A stretch of DNA of 53,195 nucleotides, from contig CAYYMZ010000004.1 in NCBI GenBank assembly GCA_964473025.1, positions 1 through 53,195 on the forward strand, given 5' to 3'. Position numbers and translations under genes: made by a program. The stretch comes from an uncultured Candidatus Saccharibacteria bacterium (GTDB taxonomy: Bacteria; Patescibacteriota; UBA1384; DTJR01). Under the pieces are notes generated by a model. The model was not told where the DNA came from and made no database searches. It saw only the letters and a program-made list of their open reading frames with translations. This document shows positions 9,112-20,030 of this stretch, in pieces. Within the stretch, counting starts at the first letter, position 1; each line of letters starts with the position of its first letter.

Positions 9112-10296
9112 ATGCAAGTTACAGAATTCCTAAGCGCAATCAAAATGTTATCCGACGAGAAAGGCCTCTCGGAAGAGGTCATTTTGGAGGCGGTAGAATC
9201 AGCTTTGGCCGCCGCTTATCGTAAGGATTATGGAAAGCCCGGTCAGGTAATCAAGGTAAAAATTAACACCCAGGCCAATGAAATGAAGGTCGCGCGGGTA
9301 TACACGGTTATTGAAAACGATGAAGAACAGGTCAATCCAGAGGCACAACTAACTATCGATCAGGCAAAAAAATTAAAGAAGAATGCAAAAGCCGGTGATG
9401 AAATTGAACTCCCGCTTGAAGAAAAAACCGACTTTGGCCGTGTTGCGGCACAAACAGCCAAGCAGGTAATAATCCAGCGCCTGCGCGAAGCAGAGCGGGA
9501 TATCCTCTATAACGAGTTTAAAGAAAAAGAAAAAGAAATTGTTAACGCTACTGTTCAGCGTTTGGAGGGTCCGAACGTCATCTTGGATATGGGTAAAATC
9601 AACGGCATTATGTTGCCACAAGACCAAATTCCGGGCGAGAGATATTATAATGGTCAGCGGCTCAAAGTGTACGTTGGCGAAGTAGAAGAAACAAACCGAG
9701 GACCGAGAATTCTAGTTTCGAGGTCACGTCCCGAATTTATCATCGGTCTTTTTGCTCAAGAAGTCCCCGAAATCGAATCCGGAGCAATTGAGATTGTTGG
9801 GATTGCCCGGGAGGCAGGATCGAGGACAAAAATTGCCGTTTCAACAAAAGATGAGAATTTGGATCCGGTTGGTTCGGTGGTTGGACAGCGGGGCACAAGA
9901 GTGCAATCCGTACTAACAGAAATACCAAATGAGAAAATCGATATCATACTGTTTGCTGATGATATGGAAACATACATCATCAACGCACTCTCGCCGGCAA
10001 AGATTGATAAAATCAAATTCAATAAGAAGCAGAACAATGCCCGAATATGGGTTCCCGATGATCAACTTTCTCTTGCAATTGGCAAATCGGGACAGAATGT
10101 CCGTCTTGCAAGCAAGCTGTCCGGTTGGACGCTTGATATCGTCAAAGACGAAAAACTTCCAAAGAAGGACGAGGAGCCCAAGGAAAGTAAAACAGCAGAT
10201 GATTCGGAAGAAAAAAAGCCCGAACCAGAAATAAAAACAACGGCAAAGAAATCTAAAGATAAAACGGATAAAAAAGCGGCGGAAAGCAAAAAGTAA
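9112..10296 (+). CDS. nusA: Transcription factor NusA
   Basis: FGRVAAQTAKQVI, S1 domain, EVPEI, AREAGSRTK, DPVGSVVGQRG, LAIGKSGQNVRLA. Confidence 0.97.
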   Translation: MQVTEFLSAIKMLSDEKGLSEEVILEAVESALAAAYRKDYGKPGQVIKVKINTQANEMKVARVYTVIENDEEQVNPEAQLTIDQAKKLKKNAKAGDEIELPLEEKTDFGRVAAQTAKQVIIQRLREAERDILYNEFKEKEKEIVNATVQRLEGPNVILDMGKINGIMLPQDQIPGERYYNGQRLKVYVGEVEETNRGPRILVSRSRPEFIIGLFAQEVPEIESGAIEIVGIAREAGSRTKIAVSTKDENLDPVGSVVGQRGTRVQSVLTEIPNEKIDIILFADDMETYIINALSPAKIDKIKFNKKQNNARIWVPDDQLSLAIGKSGQNVRLASKLSGWTLDIVKDEKLPKKDEEPKESKTADDSEEKKPEPEIKTTAKKSKDKTDKKAAESKK

Positions 10297-10298
10297 AA

Positions 10299-12827
10299 AT
10301 GAGCAATGAAATCTTCGATCGGTTTACGAAGAATGCCCAAACGGTATTAACGGAAGCTCAGAAAATAGCCGATCGGGACAAGCAGCCAATTTCAACCGAG
10401 CATGTACTCTTAAGTATAATTCAGATCCCAGGCACTTTATCTCACGACATTTTACGTGAATATTCCGTTACTTACGACCAGATAAAACTGGTTTTAAGCT
10501 TAAGAATTCAAAGCCCTCGAGAGAAAAAGTTTTTTGCTATGACTAATGATGCACGCGCCTGTCTCAAGATGGCCTTTAAAGTTGCGGCCGACTTCAAACA
10601 TTTTAATGTGGATACTGAACATATCCTCATTGCGCTTCTTTCAAATCACGACTTCGGAAGTTATAAAATGATCGAGAGGGTCGGGATTGATCCGGAGCAG
10701 ATAAAAGACCAGCTTATTAATATTTTTAGCGACTTAGCGCAAATGGATGCCATGATTGGCAGACAGGGTACACCACCGACACCATTTGATATTCCAAACG
10801 AGGCGCCAATTATAAATGAGCAGCAATTCAGGGAAGATGTGCGGGAAGGGGCACCGGGACAAGCGCAACCGTTCTCGCAAACAAAAACAAAAAGTAACAA
10901 AATCCTCGAATACTTCGCGACTAATTTAATCGATAGGTGCAAGGCCGGAAAAATAGATCCAGTTATAGGGCGCGAAAAAGAGATTAACCGCGCCATTCAA
11001 ATTCTGCTTCGAAAATCAAAAAATAACCCTGTGTTTATTGGAGAGCCGGGAGTAGGGAAAACAGCAATTGTCGAAGGATTGGCACAAAAGATTTGCCACC
11101 ACCTTGCGCCCTTGCGTCTTCAGAAAAAAAAGATCTATCAGCTCGATCTGGGACTTCTAGTGGCTGGGACAATGTATCGTGGTCAATTTGAAGATCGCCT
11201 TAAAAAAGTATTATCCGAAATTAAAAATGATCCGGATATAATCGTTTTTATAGATGAGCTTCATTCGATTGTAGGCACAGGCTCAGCAGAGGGCTCAATG
11301 GATGCAGCCAACTTACTGAAGCCGTCTTTAGCCCGCGGTGAAATTCGTTTGATCGGTGCAACAACATACGACGAATATCGCAAGCACATAGAAAAAGATT
11401 CTGCTCTGGAGAGGCGACTGCAACCAATACGTGTCGAAGAACCAACGGTTGACGAAACTATTCAGATTTTAGAGGGAGTAAAATCTGTCTACGAAAAACA
11501 TCATGGGCTCAAAATCGAGAAGAGTGCAATTGAAGCCGCTGCCAACATGAGTGAAAAATATATTACAGATAGGTTTTTGCCCGACAAGGCAATTGATTTG
11601 ATTGATGAAGCGGCCGCCGCGAAGATTTTATTTTCAAGCAGTAAATCCGAAGATAACGCTTGTGATCTCAGGAAGAGAATCGAGGATTTAATTGAAAAAA
11701 AAGAGAGGTTATTTGTCGAAGAAAAATTTGAGGAGGCAGCGCGTTGTTCCGAAGAAGAGCTAAAGCTAAGAAAACTTGAAAATACCCAAAACAAAGAAGG
11801 AGACAATAAAAGCAAAACCACAATTGACGAAAAAGATATTGCGCACCTTGTTGAACAAATTACGGGTGTTCCCGTGGGCGAACTCTCTTCTGGCGAAGCA
11901 GGTAAATTTTTAAAAATCGAAACAGAACTTTCCCGTCACATAGTTTCACAGAAAGAAGCTATCGGCGAAATCGCTAAATCCCTTAGACGCAACCGCTCCG
12001 GATTATCATCGCAGAACAAGCCGATTGGCTCTTTCGTTTTCATGGGACCAAGCGGCGTCGGCAAAACAGAGGTGGCGCGATCCTTGGCAAGACATATTTA
12101 TGGAAGTGAGCAATCCCTGATTAAAATAGATATGAGCGAGTTTATGGAAAGACACAACCTGGCCCGCCTAACCGGCGCCCCACCCGGATATGTTGGCTAT
12201 GATGACGCGGGCAAGTTAACTGAAGCGGTTAGAAAAAAACCGTATTCGATCGTTCTTTTTGACGAGATTGAAAAAGCGCACCCGGACATTTTCAATGTTC
12301 TATTACAAATTCTAGACGAAGGAAAATTAACCGATGCCAAGGGGAGACAGGTTGACTTTAAAAACACAATTATAATCTTGACTTCTAATATCGGCATTGA
12401 GCAGTATCGGAAATTGACAAAAATCGGTTTCGACCTAGACGAACAAAATACAAACCTGGAGGGACTTAAAGAAATAATGTCGAAAAAGTTATTTGATGTT
12501 TTCCGCGCCGAGCTTATCAACCGCCTCGATAAAATCATAATCTTCAATTCTTTGACTAAAGATGACCTTAAAGAAATTGCAAAATTATTGTTGCAGGATC
12601 TGTCGAATCGCTTAAAGGAGAAAAATATTAAAATTACTTTTAACGACAAGGCCATAGACGCTCTTGTTAAATCAAGCTACAATCCGGCTTTCGGCGCCAG
12701 ACCCTTAAAGCGGTCAATCGAAGAAGAGATTGAGGGGCTTTTATCCGACGGGATCTTATCGGGGAAATTTAAAAATAAATCAAAAATAATTTTGGATTAT
12801 AAAAATGGCCGGTTCAGAACCCGATAA
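10299..12827 (+). CDS. clpC: ATP-dependent Clp protease ATPase subunit
   Basis: Clp_N repeats, [14 protein letters not shown] and [18 protein letters not shown] modules, IGF ClpP-docking loop. Confidence 0.93.
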   Translation: MSNEIFDRFTKNAQTVLTEAQKIADRDKQPISTEHVLLSIIQIPGTLSHDILREYSVTYDQIKLVLSLRIQSPREKKFFAMTNDARACLKMAFKVAADFKHFNVDTEHILIALLSNHDFGSYKMIERVGIDPEQIKDQLINIFSDLAQMDAMIGRQGTPPTPFDIPNEAPIINEQQFREDVREGAPGQAQPFSQTKTKSNKILEYFATNLIDRCKAGKIDPVIGREKEINRAIQILLRKSKNNPVFIGEPGVGKTAIVEGLAQKICHHLAPLRLQKKKIYQLDLGLLVAGTMYRGQFEDRLKKVLSEIKNDPDIIVFIDELHSIVGTGSAEGSMDAANLLKPSLARGEIRLIGATTYDEYRKHIEKDSALERRLQPIRVEEPTVDETIQILEGVKSVYEKHHGLKIEKSAIEAAANMSEKYITDRFLPDKAIDLIDEAAAAKILFSSSKSEDNACDLRKRIEDLIEKKERLFVEEKFEEAARCSEEELKLRKLENTQNKEGDNKSKTTIDEKDIAHLVEQITGVPVGELSSGEAGKFLKIETELSRHIVSQKEAIGEIAKSLRRNRSGLSSQNKPIGSFVFMGPSGVGKTEVARSLARHIYGSEQSLIKIDMSEFMERHNLARLTGAPPGYVGYDDAGKLTEAVRKKPYSIVLFDEIEKAHPDIFNVLLQILDEGKLTDAKGRQVDFKNTIIILTSNIGIEQYRKLTKIGFDLDEQNTNLEGLKEIMSKKLFDVFRAELINRLDKIIIFNSLTKDDLKEIAKLLLQDLSNRLKEKNIKITFNDKAIDALVKSSYNPAFGARPLKRSIEEEIEGLLSDGILSGKFKNKSKIILDYKNGRFRTR

Positions 12828-14295
12828 ACTCAGGGAAAAATTACTAGCGAAGTGTTCTACTTACATCGAGAATTCGGAGTTGGAAAAAATAAAACTGGCA
12901 ATTTCAATTGCCGAAAAATCACACCTCGGCCAAAAACGCGTTTCGGGAACGGATTTTATTGTCCATCCGCTTCGGATTGCGATGCGCCTTGCCAATATTA
13001 AAATGGATGCTGATGTCATTTCTGCTGCAATCTTGCACGACACTCTTGAGGACACAAACCTAGATCCCGCCATAATTAAAAAGAAAATTGGCTCGGATGT
13101 GCTCGATTTGGTTAAATCTGTTACAAAACTTAGCAAAGTACAGATAAGCAAGAGTTGGTTTCCTTTTAGCCGCGTTCAAGAAACCCAACTGCCAGAATTT
13201 GAGAGGCAGGTGGAAAACCTAAGGAGAATGTTGGTTGCTATTTCAAATGATGCAAGGGTAGTTGTCATAAAACTTGCAGATAAAATCGACAACATGGAAA
13301 CGCTATATTATTTACCGAAAGAAAAACAAGAAAAAATTGCAAAAGAGGTAATTGAGATTTATGCGCCTATCGCTCAGCGTCTCGGAATCGGGGAGTGGAA
13401 GGGAATGCTAGAGGATCTTGCCTTCCCGTACCTATATCCGAAAGAGTATGAATACATCAAAAAACTTTCAATTCCAAAGGTTAAAGACCGCGAACAGTAT
13501 CTAAAAAATATTTCAAAGAAAGTAAAAAGGGTTCTAAGGCAAAATGGCATTGACGCACAAATCGATTCCAGAGCAAAAAAGTTATACAGCTTATACAAGA
13601 AGCTCGAAAAATACGATAATGATATGGGCAAAATTTATGACCTAGTCGCAATCAGAATTACCGTTTCGGACGTCGAGGAGTGCTATAAAACACTGGGAAC
13701 TATCCACGGTTTGTGGAAACCATTATTCTCTAGAATTAAAGATTATATCTCACTGCCTAAACCAAACGGATATCAATCTATTCACACGACAGTTTTTTGC
13801 GATGGAGGTCAGATTGTAGAATTTCAAATCAGAACCTTTAAAATGCACTATCAGGCCGAATTCGGTATTGCTTCGCACTGGATCTATGAGAGCAAAAAGC
13901 TTTCCCGCCTGCCGAGCAAATCAGAACTCCAATGGCTTAGAGATTTTTTTCGCCTGCAAAAAAACACATCGTCACCACAAGAACTTGAAGGGACCTTTAA
14001 ACGCGATTACTTCAAAAATAGAATTTTTGTCTTTACTCCCAAGGGTGATGTCAAGGATTTGCCTTTTGATGCCACGCCAGTAGATTTTGCCTATGCAGTC
14101 CACTCCGGAATCGGAAATCGTTGTGCCGGAGCAAAGGTAAATGCAAAAATTGCTCCGCTTGACTCGCAGTTGGAGAATGGCGATATCGTTGAAATTTTAA
14201 TAAAGAAATCGTCTAAGCCAAAAGCCGATTGGTTAAACTTTGCCAAAACCCATTTGGCTCGCTCGAACATCAGGCGCAACCTCAAAGGATTGTAA
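12805..14295 (+). CDS. RelA/SpoT family (p)ppGpp synthetase/hydrolase (HD + SYNTH + TGS, no ACT)
   Basis: LHDTLEDT, KLAD..NM, YAPIAQRLG, RIKDY, PKPNGYQSIHT, EFQIRT, TPVDFAYAVH. Confidence 0.93.
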   Translation: MAGSEPDKLREKLLAKCSTYIENSELEKIKLAISIAEKSHLGQKRVSGTDFIVHPLRIAMRLANIKMDADVISAAILHDTLEDTNLDPAIIKKKIGSDVLDLVKSVTKLSKVQISKSWFPFSRVQETQLPEFERQVENLRRMLVAISNDARVVVIKLADKIDNMETLYYLPKEKQEKIAKEVIEIYAPIAQRLGIGEWKGMLEDLAFPYLYPKEYEYIKKLSIPKVKDREQYLKNISKKVKRVLRQNGIDAQIDSRAKKLYSLYKKLEKYDNDMGKIYDLVAIRITVSDVEECYKTLGTIHGLWKPLFSRIKDYISLPKPNGYQSIHTTVFCDGGQIVEFQIRTFKMHYQAEFGIASHWIYESKKLSRLPSKSELQWLRDFFRLQKNTSSPQELEGTFKRDYFKNRIFVFTPKGDVKDLPFDATPVDFAYAVHSGIGNRCAGAKVNAKIAPLDSQLENGDIVEILIKKSSKPKADWLNFAKTHLARSNIRRNLKGL

Positions 14296-14324
14296 AAAGG
14301 GGGCTCTGTTGATAGAATAACCGT

Positions 14325-15584
14325 ATGGAAATCATAAAACCACGCGGCACCATCGACCTGATGGGCGAACCGCAGAGAAAAAAATCCAGAGTTATAAAAA
14401 TTTTCGGCACACTGTGTCGATCTTTAGGTTTTGAAGAAATTTCGACACCGATGTTTGAGCAGAAAGATCTTTACGTCCGCTCAGTAGGTGATAACACGGA
14501 CATTGTCGAAAAAGAACTCTTCACCTTAGAGAATAAATCAGAAAGCACATACGCCTTAAGACCCGAATTGACAGCCGGTATTGTTAGGGCGTTGATTGAG
14601 AGCGGTATAAGAGGACGGGTACTGCCGATAATGTATTATTCTGTGGGTGAATTTTTCAGATACGACAAACCCCAGAAGGGGCGTTTTAGACAAGCAAGCC
14701 AGCTCGATGTAGAGATTTTTGGTCTCTCGGACATTGCATCAGATATAATGCTCATTAACTCGATTGCTTTATTTTTTAAAAAGCTAAATGTAAAAGATAA
14801 AATCGTTTTCAACATAAATACACTCGGAAGCGTCGAGACAAAGAAGGCCTTTGGTGAAAAGTTGGTCAAATATCTTAAGGAAAATAAGGACTATCTCTGT
14901 AGCGATTGCCAAAGACGGATAGAAAAAAATCCATTGAGGGCGCTTGATTGCAAGGAGGAACAGTGCAAGAGGATAACGGTTGCTGGTCCAGCAATTTACG
15001 ATTCACTAAGCGATCAGGAAAAGAATGATTTTAAAGAGGTAATTGGAAATCTTGAAAAACTCAAGGTCCCGTTTAATGTTGATCAGAATTTAGTCAGGGG
15101 TTTGGATTACTACACCGGACTAATTTTTGAGGTAAATCTGGCTTACGACCCAGAGAGAAAACTATCTTTGGGTGGTGGTGGAAGATATGACCGTTTGGTT
15201 GAAGAACTAGGTGGCGGCACTCTACCTGCTTGCGGATATGCATTGGGAGTTGAAAGAATAATTGATCTGATGGATTTCGAAGCTGACAAAAAAGAGGATC
15301 AAAATCGTAAAATAATAGTTATACCAACCAGCACCAAGCAGAAGGGGAGGGTGTTATTAGCTCAGAATAAAATTCTGGAAAATTCAGATGTGCAAACCCT
15401 TGCTTATTTAAAGGGTTCGTCGCTAAGTGATGCGCTGGGTTTTGCATCAAAAAACAACTTTAATTTTGCCGTAATTGCCGGAGATGAAGAAGCGACCCAA
15501 AACAAATATATCCTTAAAGATTTAACTAAAAGCTCACAACAAATTCTCGATCTCAAAGAGATTGTAAGTATTGTTTCAAAATAA
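14325..15584 (+). CDS. hisS: Histidine--tRNA ligase
   Basis: PRGT, TDIVEKE, LRPELTA, FRYDKPQKGRFR, LVRGLDYYTG, GGGRYD, GVERI. Confidence 0.95.
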   Translation: MEIIKPRGTIDLMGEPQRKKSRVIKIFGTLCRSLGFEEISTPMFEQKDLYVRSVGDNTDIVEKELFTLENKSESTYALRPELTAGIVRALIESGIRGRVLPIMYYSVGEFFRYDKPQKGRFRQASQLDVEIFGLSDIASDIMLINSIALFFKKLNVKDKIVFNINTLGSVETKKAFGEKLVKYLKENKDYLCSDCQRRIEKNPLRALDCKEEQCKRITVAGPAIYDSLSDQEKNDFKEVIGNLEKLKVPFNVDQNLVRGLDYYTGLIFEVNLAYDPERKLSLGGGGRYDRLVEELGGGTLPACGYALGVERIIDLMDFEADKKEDQNRKIIVIPTSTKQKGRVLLAQNKILENSDVQTLAYLKGSSLSDALGFASKNNFNFAVIAGDEEATQNKYILKDLTKSSQQILDLKEIVSIVSK

Positions 15585-15614
15585 ATAGTTTTTTGGTCGA
15601 AACGCTGGTACTTG

Positions 15615-15678
15615 ACCCCCACACCAAACTGCCAAAAATTTATCATTGACCATATAATATTGAATTTGGTGTGGGGGT
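15615..15678. repeat. 14-bp perfect inverted repeat upstream of lexA
   Basis: ACCCCCACACCAAA (15615-15628) and TTTGGTGTGGGGGT (15665-15678). Confidence 0.85.
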
Positions 15679-15707
15679 TGACACGTTCGTATTTTGTTTG
15701 GTAATCT
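15678..15707 (+). promoter_or_regulatory. lexA promoter with candidate SOS box
   Basis: TTGACA-18 bp-TAATCT; the spacer holds GTTC-N7-GTTT (15685-15699). Confidence 0.6.
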
Positions 15708-15713
15708 AAAAAC

Positions 15714-16319
15714 ATGAAGCAGCAGTTACCATTAACCAAAAGACAGCACGAAATTTTGTCTTTTATCAAAAGCTTTATCGATGAAAATAGCTACGCACCA
15801 AGTTATCGGGAAATCGCAAAAGCACTTCAGCTCTCCTCCGTCGCGACCGTTGCAGAATATGTGAGTGTTATAGAACAAAAGGGGCATCTTTCCAAACAAG
15901 AAGGAAGTGCCCGGTCTATTCAGTTAACTCCCGCATGGGACGAACGCTCATTTGAGGCCCCGCTCGTCGGCATAATCGCGGCCGGACGACCGATTGAAGC
16001 CATAAGAACAAGCGAAACGATAGATATTCCGCGAGACATGATGGGACCAAATGTCTTTGCACTGAAAGTTAGCGGCGACTCCATGACTGAAGACGGCATA
16101 ATGGATGGTGATTACGTCATCATCGAGAAAACGAATACGCCCAAAAACGGCGATATTGTTGTAGCTTTAATCGATCACGACAATATAACCCTTAAGAAAT
16201 TTTACCGCGAAAAAACAAGGATCCGCCTGCAGCCGGCAAACCGGTCATATAAACCAATATTTACCAGAAAAGCTCTCATACAAGGCAGGGTAAAGGGCGT
16301 GGTTCGCAAATTTGCGTAA
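15714..16319 (+). CDS. lexA: SOS repressor LexA
   Basis: LTKRQ, APSYREI wHTH, AAG cleavage site, GDSM (Ser), TLKK (Lys), LQPAN. Confidence 0.96.
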   Translation: MKQQLPLTKRQHEILSFIKSFIDENSYAPSYREIAKALQLSSVATVAEYVSVIEQKGHLSKQEGSARSIQLTPAWDERSFEAPLVGIIAAGRPIEAIRTSETIDIPRDMMGPNVFALKVSGDSMTEDGIMDGDYVIIEKTNTPKNGDIVVALIDHDNITLKKFYREKTRIRLQPANRSYKPIFTRKALIQGRVKGVVRKFA

Positions 16320-16347
16320 GGATTTCAATTCCTTCCTCGGCGAAGTG

Positions 16348-16493
16348 TATTTTACTTTGTGGCCCTCAAGATTCCGAATAGCATGGTTTCTGCCTTAGTA
16401 GAAGAATGAGAGCAAGGTTGAGCGCGATTTTCACGCCACTTCGGGGCACCTTGGGTGCTGGGAAAACCGACGCGGGCCGAAAAGTAAAGATAC
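16348..16493. ncRNA. Candidate structured ncRNA (family unassigned)
   Basis: Ends pair (GTATTTTACTTT..GGCCC / GGGCC..AAAGTAAAGATAC); inner stems TTCTGC/GTAGAA and CAAGGT/ACCTTG; no ORF. Confidence 0.35.
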
Positions 16494-16542
16494 CCTACCA
16501 CTGCTTGACCGCATCCCAACCACTTGTGATATAATATATTTG

Positions 16543-17136
16543 ATGGCTAAATCATTAGATATTATTAACCCAAAGCACGAGCTCAAGGACGAGGAACCCG
16601 AATCTGAGAATTCGAACGATGACTTTGGAATGAAAACCCCGAATAAGAATGAGGGTGGTGGGGTCTTTTATCTGGTGCTCGGAATTATTGCGATTGTTGT
16701 TGCAACTGGCGCCGCATTATATATCTTATACAAAGATTATTTGCCAAATAAGAAAAGTGAATCTGTGCTTTCAACGCAAACTCCCACCGCCTCTACGGTT
16801 GCGGGAAGTGTGAGCGCAACCACTACGTCCTCGGCTGTGTCAACGGCGACTAGTTTTAAATACACAAACGAGAGAATCAGGGTTGTAAACGGGAATGGTA
16901 TTTCAGGTGAAGGTGCAAAAGTTCAAAAAGAACTTGAATCTAAAGGTTTCACTGTTGAATCAGTTGGCAATGCCTCAAAAAACTACTCAGAAACGATTGT
17001 TTATTATAAAACCGGACAGGAAAAATTAGCCGAGGCCTTAAAAGAAGCGATTTCTTCACTGTATAGCGCTACGATTGAGAACTCCGACACCGTAACCGGT
17101 AACTACGATGCTGTCATTGCCTTGGGCTCAAAATAA
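16543..17136 (+). CDS. LytR C-terminal domain membrane protein
   Basis: TM helix, S/T linker, VVNGNGISGEG..LESKGF..VGNA..DAVIALG; ATG 16543 preferred over TTG 16540. Confidence 0.85.
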   Translation: MAKSLDIINPKHELKDEEPESENSNDDFGMKTPNKNEGGGVFYLVLGIIAIVVATGAALYILYKDYLPNKKSESVLSTQTPTASTVAGSVSATTTSSAVSTATSFKYTNERIRVVNGNGISGEGAKVQKELESKGFTVESVGNASKNYSETIVYYKTGQEKLAEALKEAISSLYSATIENSDTVTGNYDAVIALGSK

Positions 17137-17734
17137 CTCTTTAATTTTTTTTATCCTCCTAGTCGCAGCAATCTATTTTTTGAAGGAATTGTTAATTTTA
17201 CAGCTTAGGCGTAAAAGGTTTCTTTTTTATGCTCTATTGTACCCTGGGGTTATCCTGCATGAACTCGGCCACTTAGTGGGATGCAAATTAAGCGGAGCAA
17301 AAGTTTGTTCAGTAAAATTCGTAAGCTCTCAAGGCGGTGAGGTCGTTCACGAAAATTCAAAAATTCCCGTAGTTGGCAATTTTATTATTTCTGTTTTTCC
17401 CCTCGCTTTCGGCATCATATTAATTTATTTTATCGTTCTTCTCGTTAAATCAAATTTCCCTGACTTATCGGGGATGGCTTCTTGGACTGTAAAAATATTG
17501 GGCTACTATTTAATTATCGCGATACTTTTAACAATGTTCCCCAGTTTTCAGGATATTAAAAATGCCTTGCTTATTTATCTCCTTATTATTGCCGGGACAA
17601 TTTTGATTGTTATAAAGACAAACTGGGGGATTCCGCTCTTTCTAAATATAACCTTATATTTTTGCGCGTTCTGCCTAGTCGTGGTAAATTTAATTATGTT
17701 AATATCGCTAACGCTTCAAAGAAAAAAGTATTGA
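17108..17734 (+). CDS. M50-like membrane metalloprotease
   Basis: PGVILHELGH, multiple TM helices, FPSFQD. Confidence 0.7.
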   Translation: MLSLPWAQNNSLIFFILLVAAIYFLKELLILQLRRKRFLFYALLYPGVILHELGHLVGCKLSGAKVCSVKFVSSQGGEVVHENSKIPVVGNFIISVFPLAFGIILIYFIVLLVKSNFPDLSGMASWTVKILGYYLIIAILLTMFPSFQDIKNALLIYLLIIAGTILIVIKTNWGIPLFLNITLYFCAFCLVVVNLIMLISLTLQRKKY

Positions 17735-17735
17735 T

Positions 17736-18128
17736 ATGGATATATTGAGATTAAAAAGGGGCGATCCGGTAATTAAAACGCTTGAGAGCAAAATAAAAAG
17801 TATGCGTAGCGGGCAGGTAATAGGACTTGGTGCCCTCTCGTGGGTGCGTCTCAAGGTTTATGATTTGGAAAAAAAAGAATATAATGAGATAAAGATCGAT
17901 GGTCCGATGGAGCTGGTGAGTTTTACGGCCGTGATCGCGCAAACAACCGAGGGTAAAACCGGCTTACATGCCCATGCAGTTGTGTCGTTAGCGGACTTTT
18001 CAACTAAAGGGGGACATCTAGAAGAAGCCGAGGTTGCAGCTACTTTCGAAGCCATCATTATAGAATCAGAAAAAAAAGTTCAACGTTACTTCGACAGGGA
18101 TATTGGCTTAAATCTAATTAAAAGTTAA
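17736..18128 (+). CDS. PPC/DUF296 domain protein
   Basis: LRLKRGD, GLGAL, ELVS, LHAH, GGHL, TFE. Confidence 0.88.
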   Translation: MDILRLKRGDPVIKTLESKIKSMRSGQVIGLGALSWVRLKVYDLEKKEYNEIKIDGPMELVSFTAVIAQTTEGKTGLHAHAVVSLADFSTKGGHLEEAEVAATFEAIIIESEKKVQRYFDRDIGLNLIKS

Positions 18129-18146
18129 ACTTTAAATTAAAGGAGG

Positions 18147-18279
18147 CCAGGTAGTAGAAATTTGACAAAAAAATATTTTTTAAATAACTCTATAAAATAA
18201 TAATTGGTTTTACGAATTTTTAAACAGAAGAATAAAATAATAAGTGTAGTGAAAAAATAGTCAAATTTTCACTACCTGG
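18147..18279. mobile_element. MITE-like inverted-repeat element, copy 1 (133 bp)
   Basis: CCAGGTAGTAGAAATTTGAC ... GTCAAATTTTCACTACCTGG (18/20 inverted match), GAGG on both sides; second copy at 28251-28381. Confidence 0.6.
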
Positions 18280-18287
18280 GAGGGGCA

Positions 18288-19361
18288 GTGATGAAGTTAA
18301 AGGCTTTGTTTGGTGAAAAGAAATATAGGACTTTATTTATAATTTTAGGCGTATTGGCGGTTTTTATCGTCGTTGGCGCGATTGCCGCCGTCAAATACGG
18401 GCAAAAACCAGTTAAAACGGCTAATAAGTCGGACCAAAAAACCACGCTGGAGGTCTGCCTGTTGGATGGAGCGAGCTACAGTCCGGATCACGCCAAGAGA
18501 CACCCCTTGGCCGTTTCGGTTGAAAATCACCCCGATGCAAGACCTCAGTCGGGATTAATCAAGGCAAGTATTGTCTACGAGGCAATTACGGAAGGCGGAA
18601 TCACTAGATACTTGGCAATTTATGGCCCTCAGGACTCTACCGAGATTGGTCCGATTAGGTCGGCACGTTTGTTTTTTATGGACTGGTTAAAAGAATATGA
18701 CGCATTTTTTGCTCACGCTGGTGGAAATGAGGATGCCTTGGCAAATATCGATAAATACCAGATAAAAAATCTGGACGATGCAAAGGGTTATTTTTACCGA
18801 GACAGCAAAGGTAAAAACGTTGCCTCGGAACATACCCTGTTTTCCTCAACAGAAAAACTGTATGAATATGCCAAGTCCAAGAACTTCGATATAGCCACTT
18901 CAAACTTCACCCCCTTTATCTTCAAAAAGGACGGCCCTGCTCTTGAGGTGGGTGGAAAAGGAGTCGCGATTGATTTTTCAGGTAGTCCGACCTATGCGGT
19001 ACGCTGGAACTATGACCCAAAGGCAAACTCTTACTTAAGGTTCTTATCTGGAACGGAACACAAAGACAGAACGACCGGAGACCAGATTACGGCTAAAAAC
19101 ATCATAATTCAGACGGTTGAGAGAACCTTTCAGCCTACGGGTAGCTACGGCAGTCAAAATTACGTGTTCAAGACAATAGGTGAAGGCAAGGCAACGGTTT
19201 TGCGTGACGGGCAGGTTATCCCTGCAACCTGGAAAAAGGACTCTTTGACCTCTAGAACAAAGTTCTATGATGATACGAACAAAGAAATACAGTTTAACCC
19301 CGGACCGACCTGGTATGAAATTATTAATCCGGACGCCGGTTCTGCTCCTGAATACATATAA
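18288..19361 (+). CDS. DUF3048 domain membrane-anchored protein
   Basis: RHPLAVSVEN, ARPQSGL, VYE..EGGITR, GPIRSAR, HAGG, SEH. Confidence 0.88.
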   Translation: MMKLKALFGEKKYRTLFIILGVLAVFIVVGAIAAVKYGQKPVKTANKSDQKTTLEVCLLDGASYSPDHAKRHPLAVSVENHPDARPQSGLIKASIVYEAITEGGITRYLAIYGPQDSTEIGPIRSARLFFMDWLKEYDAFFAHAGGNEDALANIDKYQIKNLDDAKGYFYRDSKGKNVASEHTLFSSTEKLYEYAKSKNFDIATSNFTPFIFKKDGPALEVGGKGVAIDFSGSPTYAVRWNYDPKANSYLRFLSGTEHKDRTTGDQITAKNIIIQTVERTFQPTGSYGSQNYVFKTIGEGKATVLRDGQVIPATWKKDSLTSRTKFYDDTNKEIQFNPGPTWYEIINPDAGSAPEYI

Positions 19362-19375
19362 ATAGCCACACATTA

Positions 19376-19402
19376 CAAAAACCCCCAAATTGGGGGTTTT
19401 TG
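19376..19402. terminator. Bidirectional intrinsic terminator
   Basis: CAAAAACCCCC-AAATT-GGGGGTTTTTG between convergent genes. Confidence 0.85.
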
Positions 19403-19418
19403 CGTTTATACAGTTCTC

Positions 19419-20030
19419 TTAGATCGAGTTCATGATCGACTTGACCAAATTAACATATGAGGTTGAGTGGTTATAGTTAAAGAGGGCAGAGTCGATATCG
19501 CCTCTGTCGGCACCACCGTTTGCAAGCAGATTAGCGCCTGCAAATACGGCGTCACGCAAGTTACAGATGTCACCACCATCAGAATAAGCTCTGAAGGTTG
19601 AAGGTATAAACTGCATCGGTCCGGTAGCGCCGGAAGGGTTTCTTACACAACCAGAACCCGACTTACCAGTTTCAACCTGGTGAACCGCTTCAATTAGCTT
19701 CCAGTCAATACCATATCTGGCTGCAGCCTCCTGATACAGGGCTCTTAAAGAGGCAAGGTCGGTCGTTTCGGGAGTACTTGTTTGCCTTTCACGAACAACA
19801 ACGTCTCTTGTGCTAACAGCAGATCTGTTGGCATTGTCGCGCTTGGTTGATTCAGATTCGCCAGGAACAATCTCTACCTTTGGTAAATCTCTCTTAATGA
19901 CAAGGTAAGGGTAAACCGTTAACTTAATTGGTTTGACCTGGTCGCTTTGAGCATGCCCGACCCCGGCCGTTAAAGCCAAGGTGGCAACTAGGATCAGCCA
20001 TAAGCTGATCAACCCATATATGTTTTTCAT
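19419..20030 (-). CDS. Secreted lytic transglycosylase (SLT domain)
   Basis: Signal peptide, IDWKLIEAVHQVET, SGATGPMQF, ALFNYNHS..YV. Confidence 0.88.
   Translation of the reverse strand: MKNIYGLISLWLILVATLALTAGVGHAQSDQVKPIKLTVYPYLVIKRDLPKVEIVPGESESTKRDNANRSAVSTRDVVVRERQTSTPETTDLASLRALYQEAAARYGIDWKLIEAVHQVETGKSGSGCVRNPSGATGPMQFIPSTFRAYSDGGDICNLRDAVFAGANLLANGGADRGDIDSALFNYNHSTSYVNLVKSIMNSI

Noticed and set aside
16443-16472. GGGCACCTTG...AACCGAC resemblance to a c-di-GMP-II riboswitch
   Set aside because: The intervening GAG..AGTRGTGC pseudoknot segment and spacing are missing.
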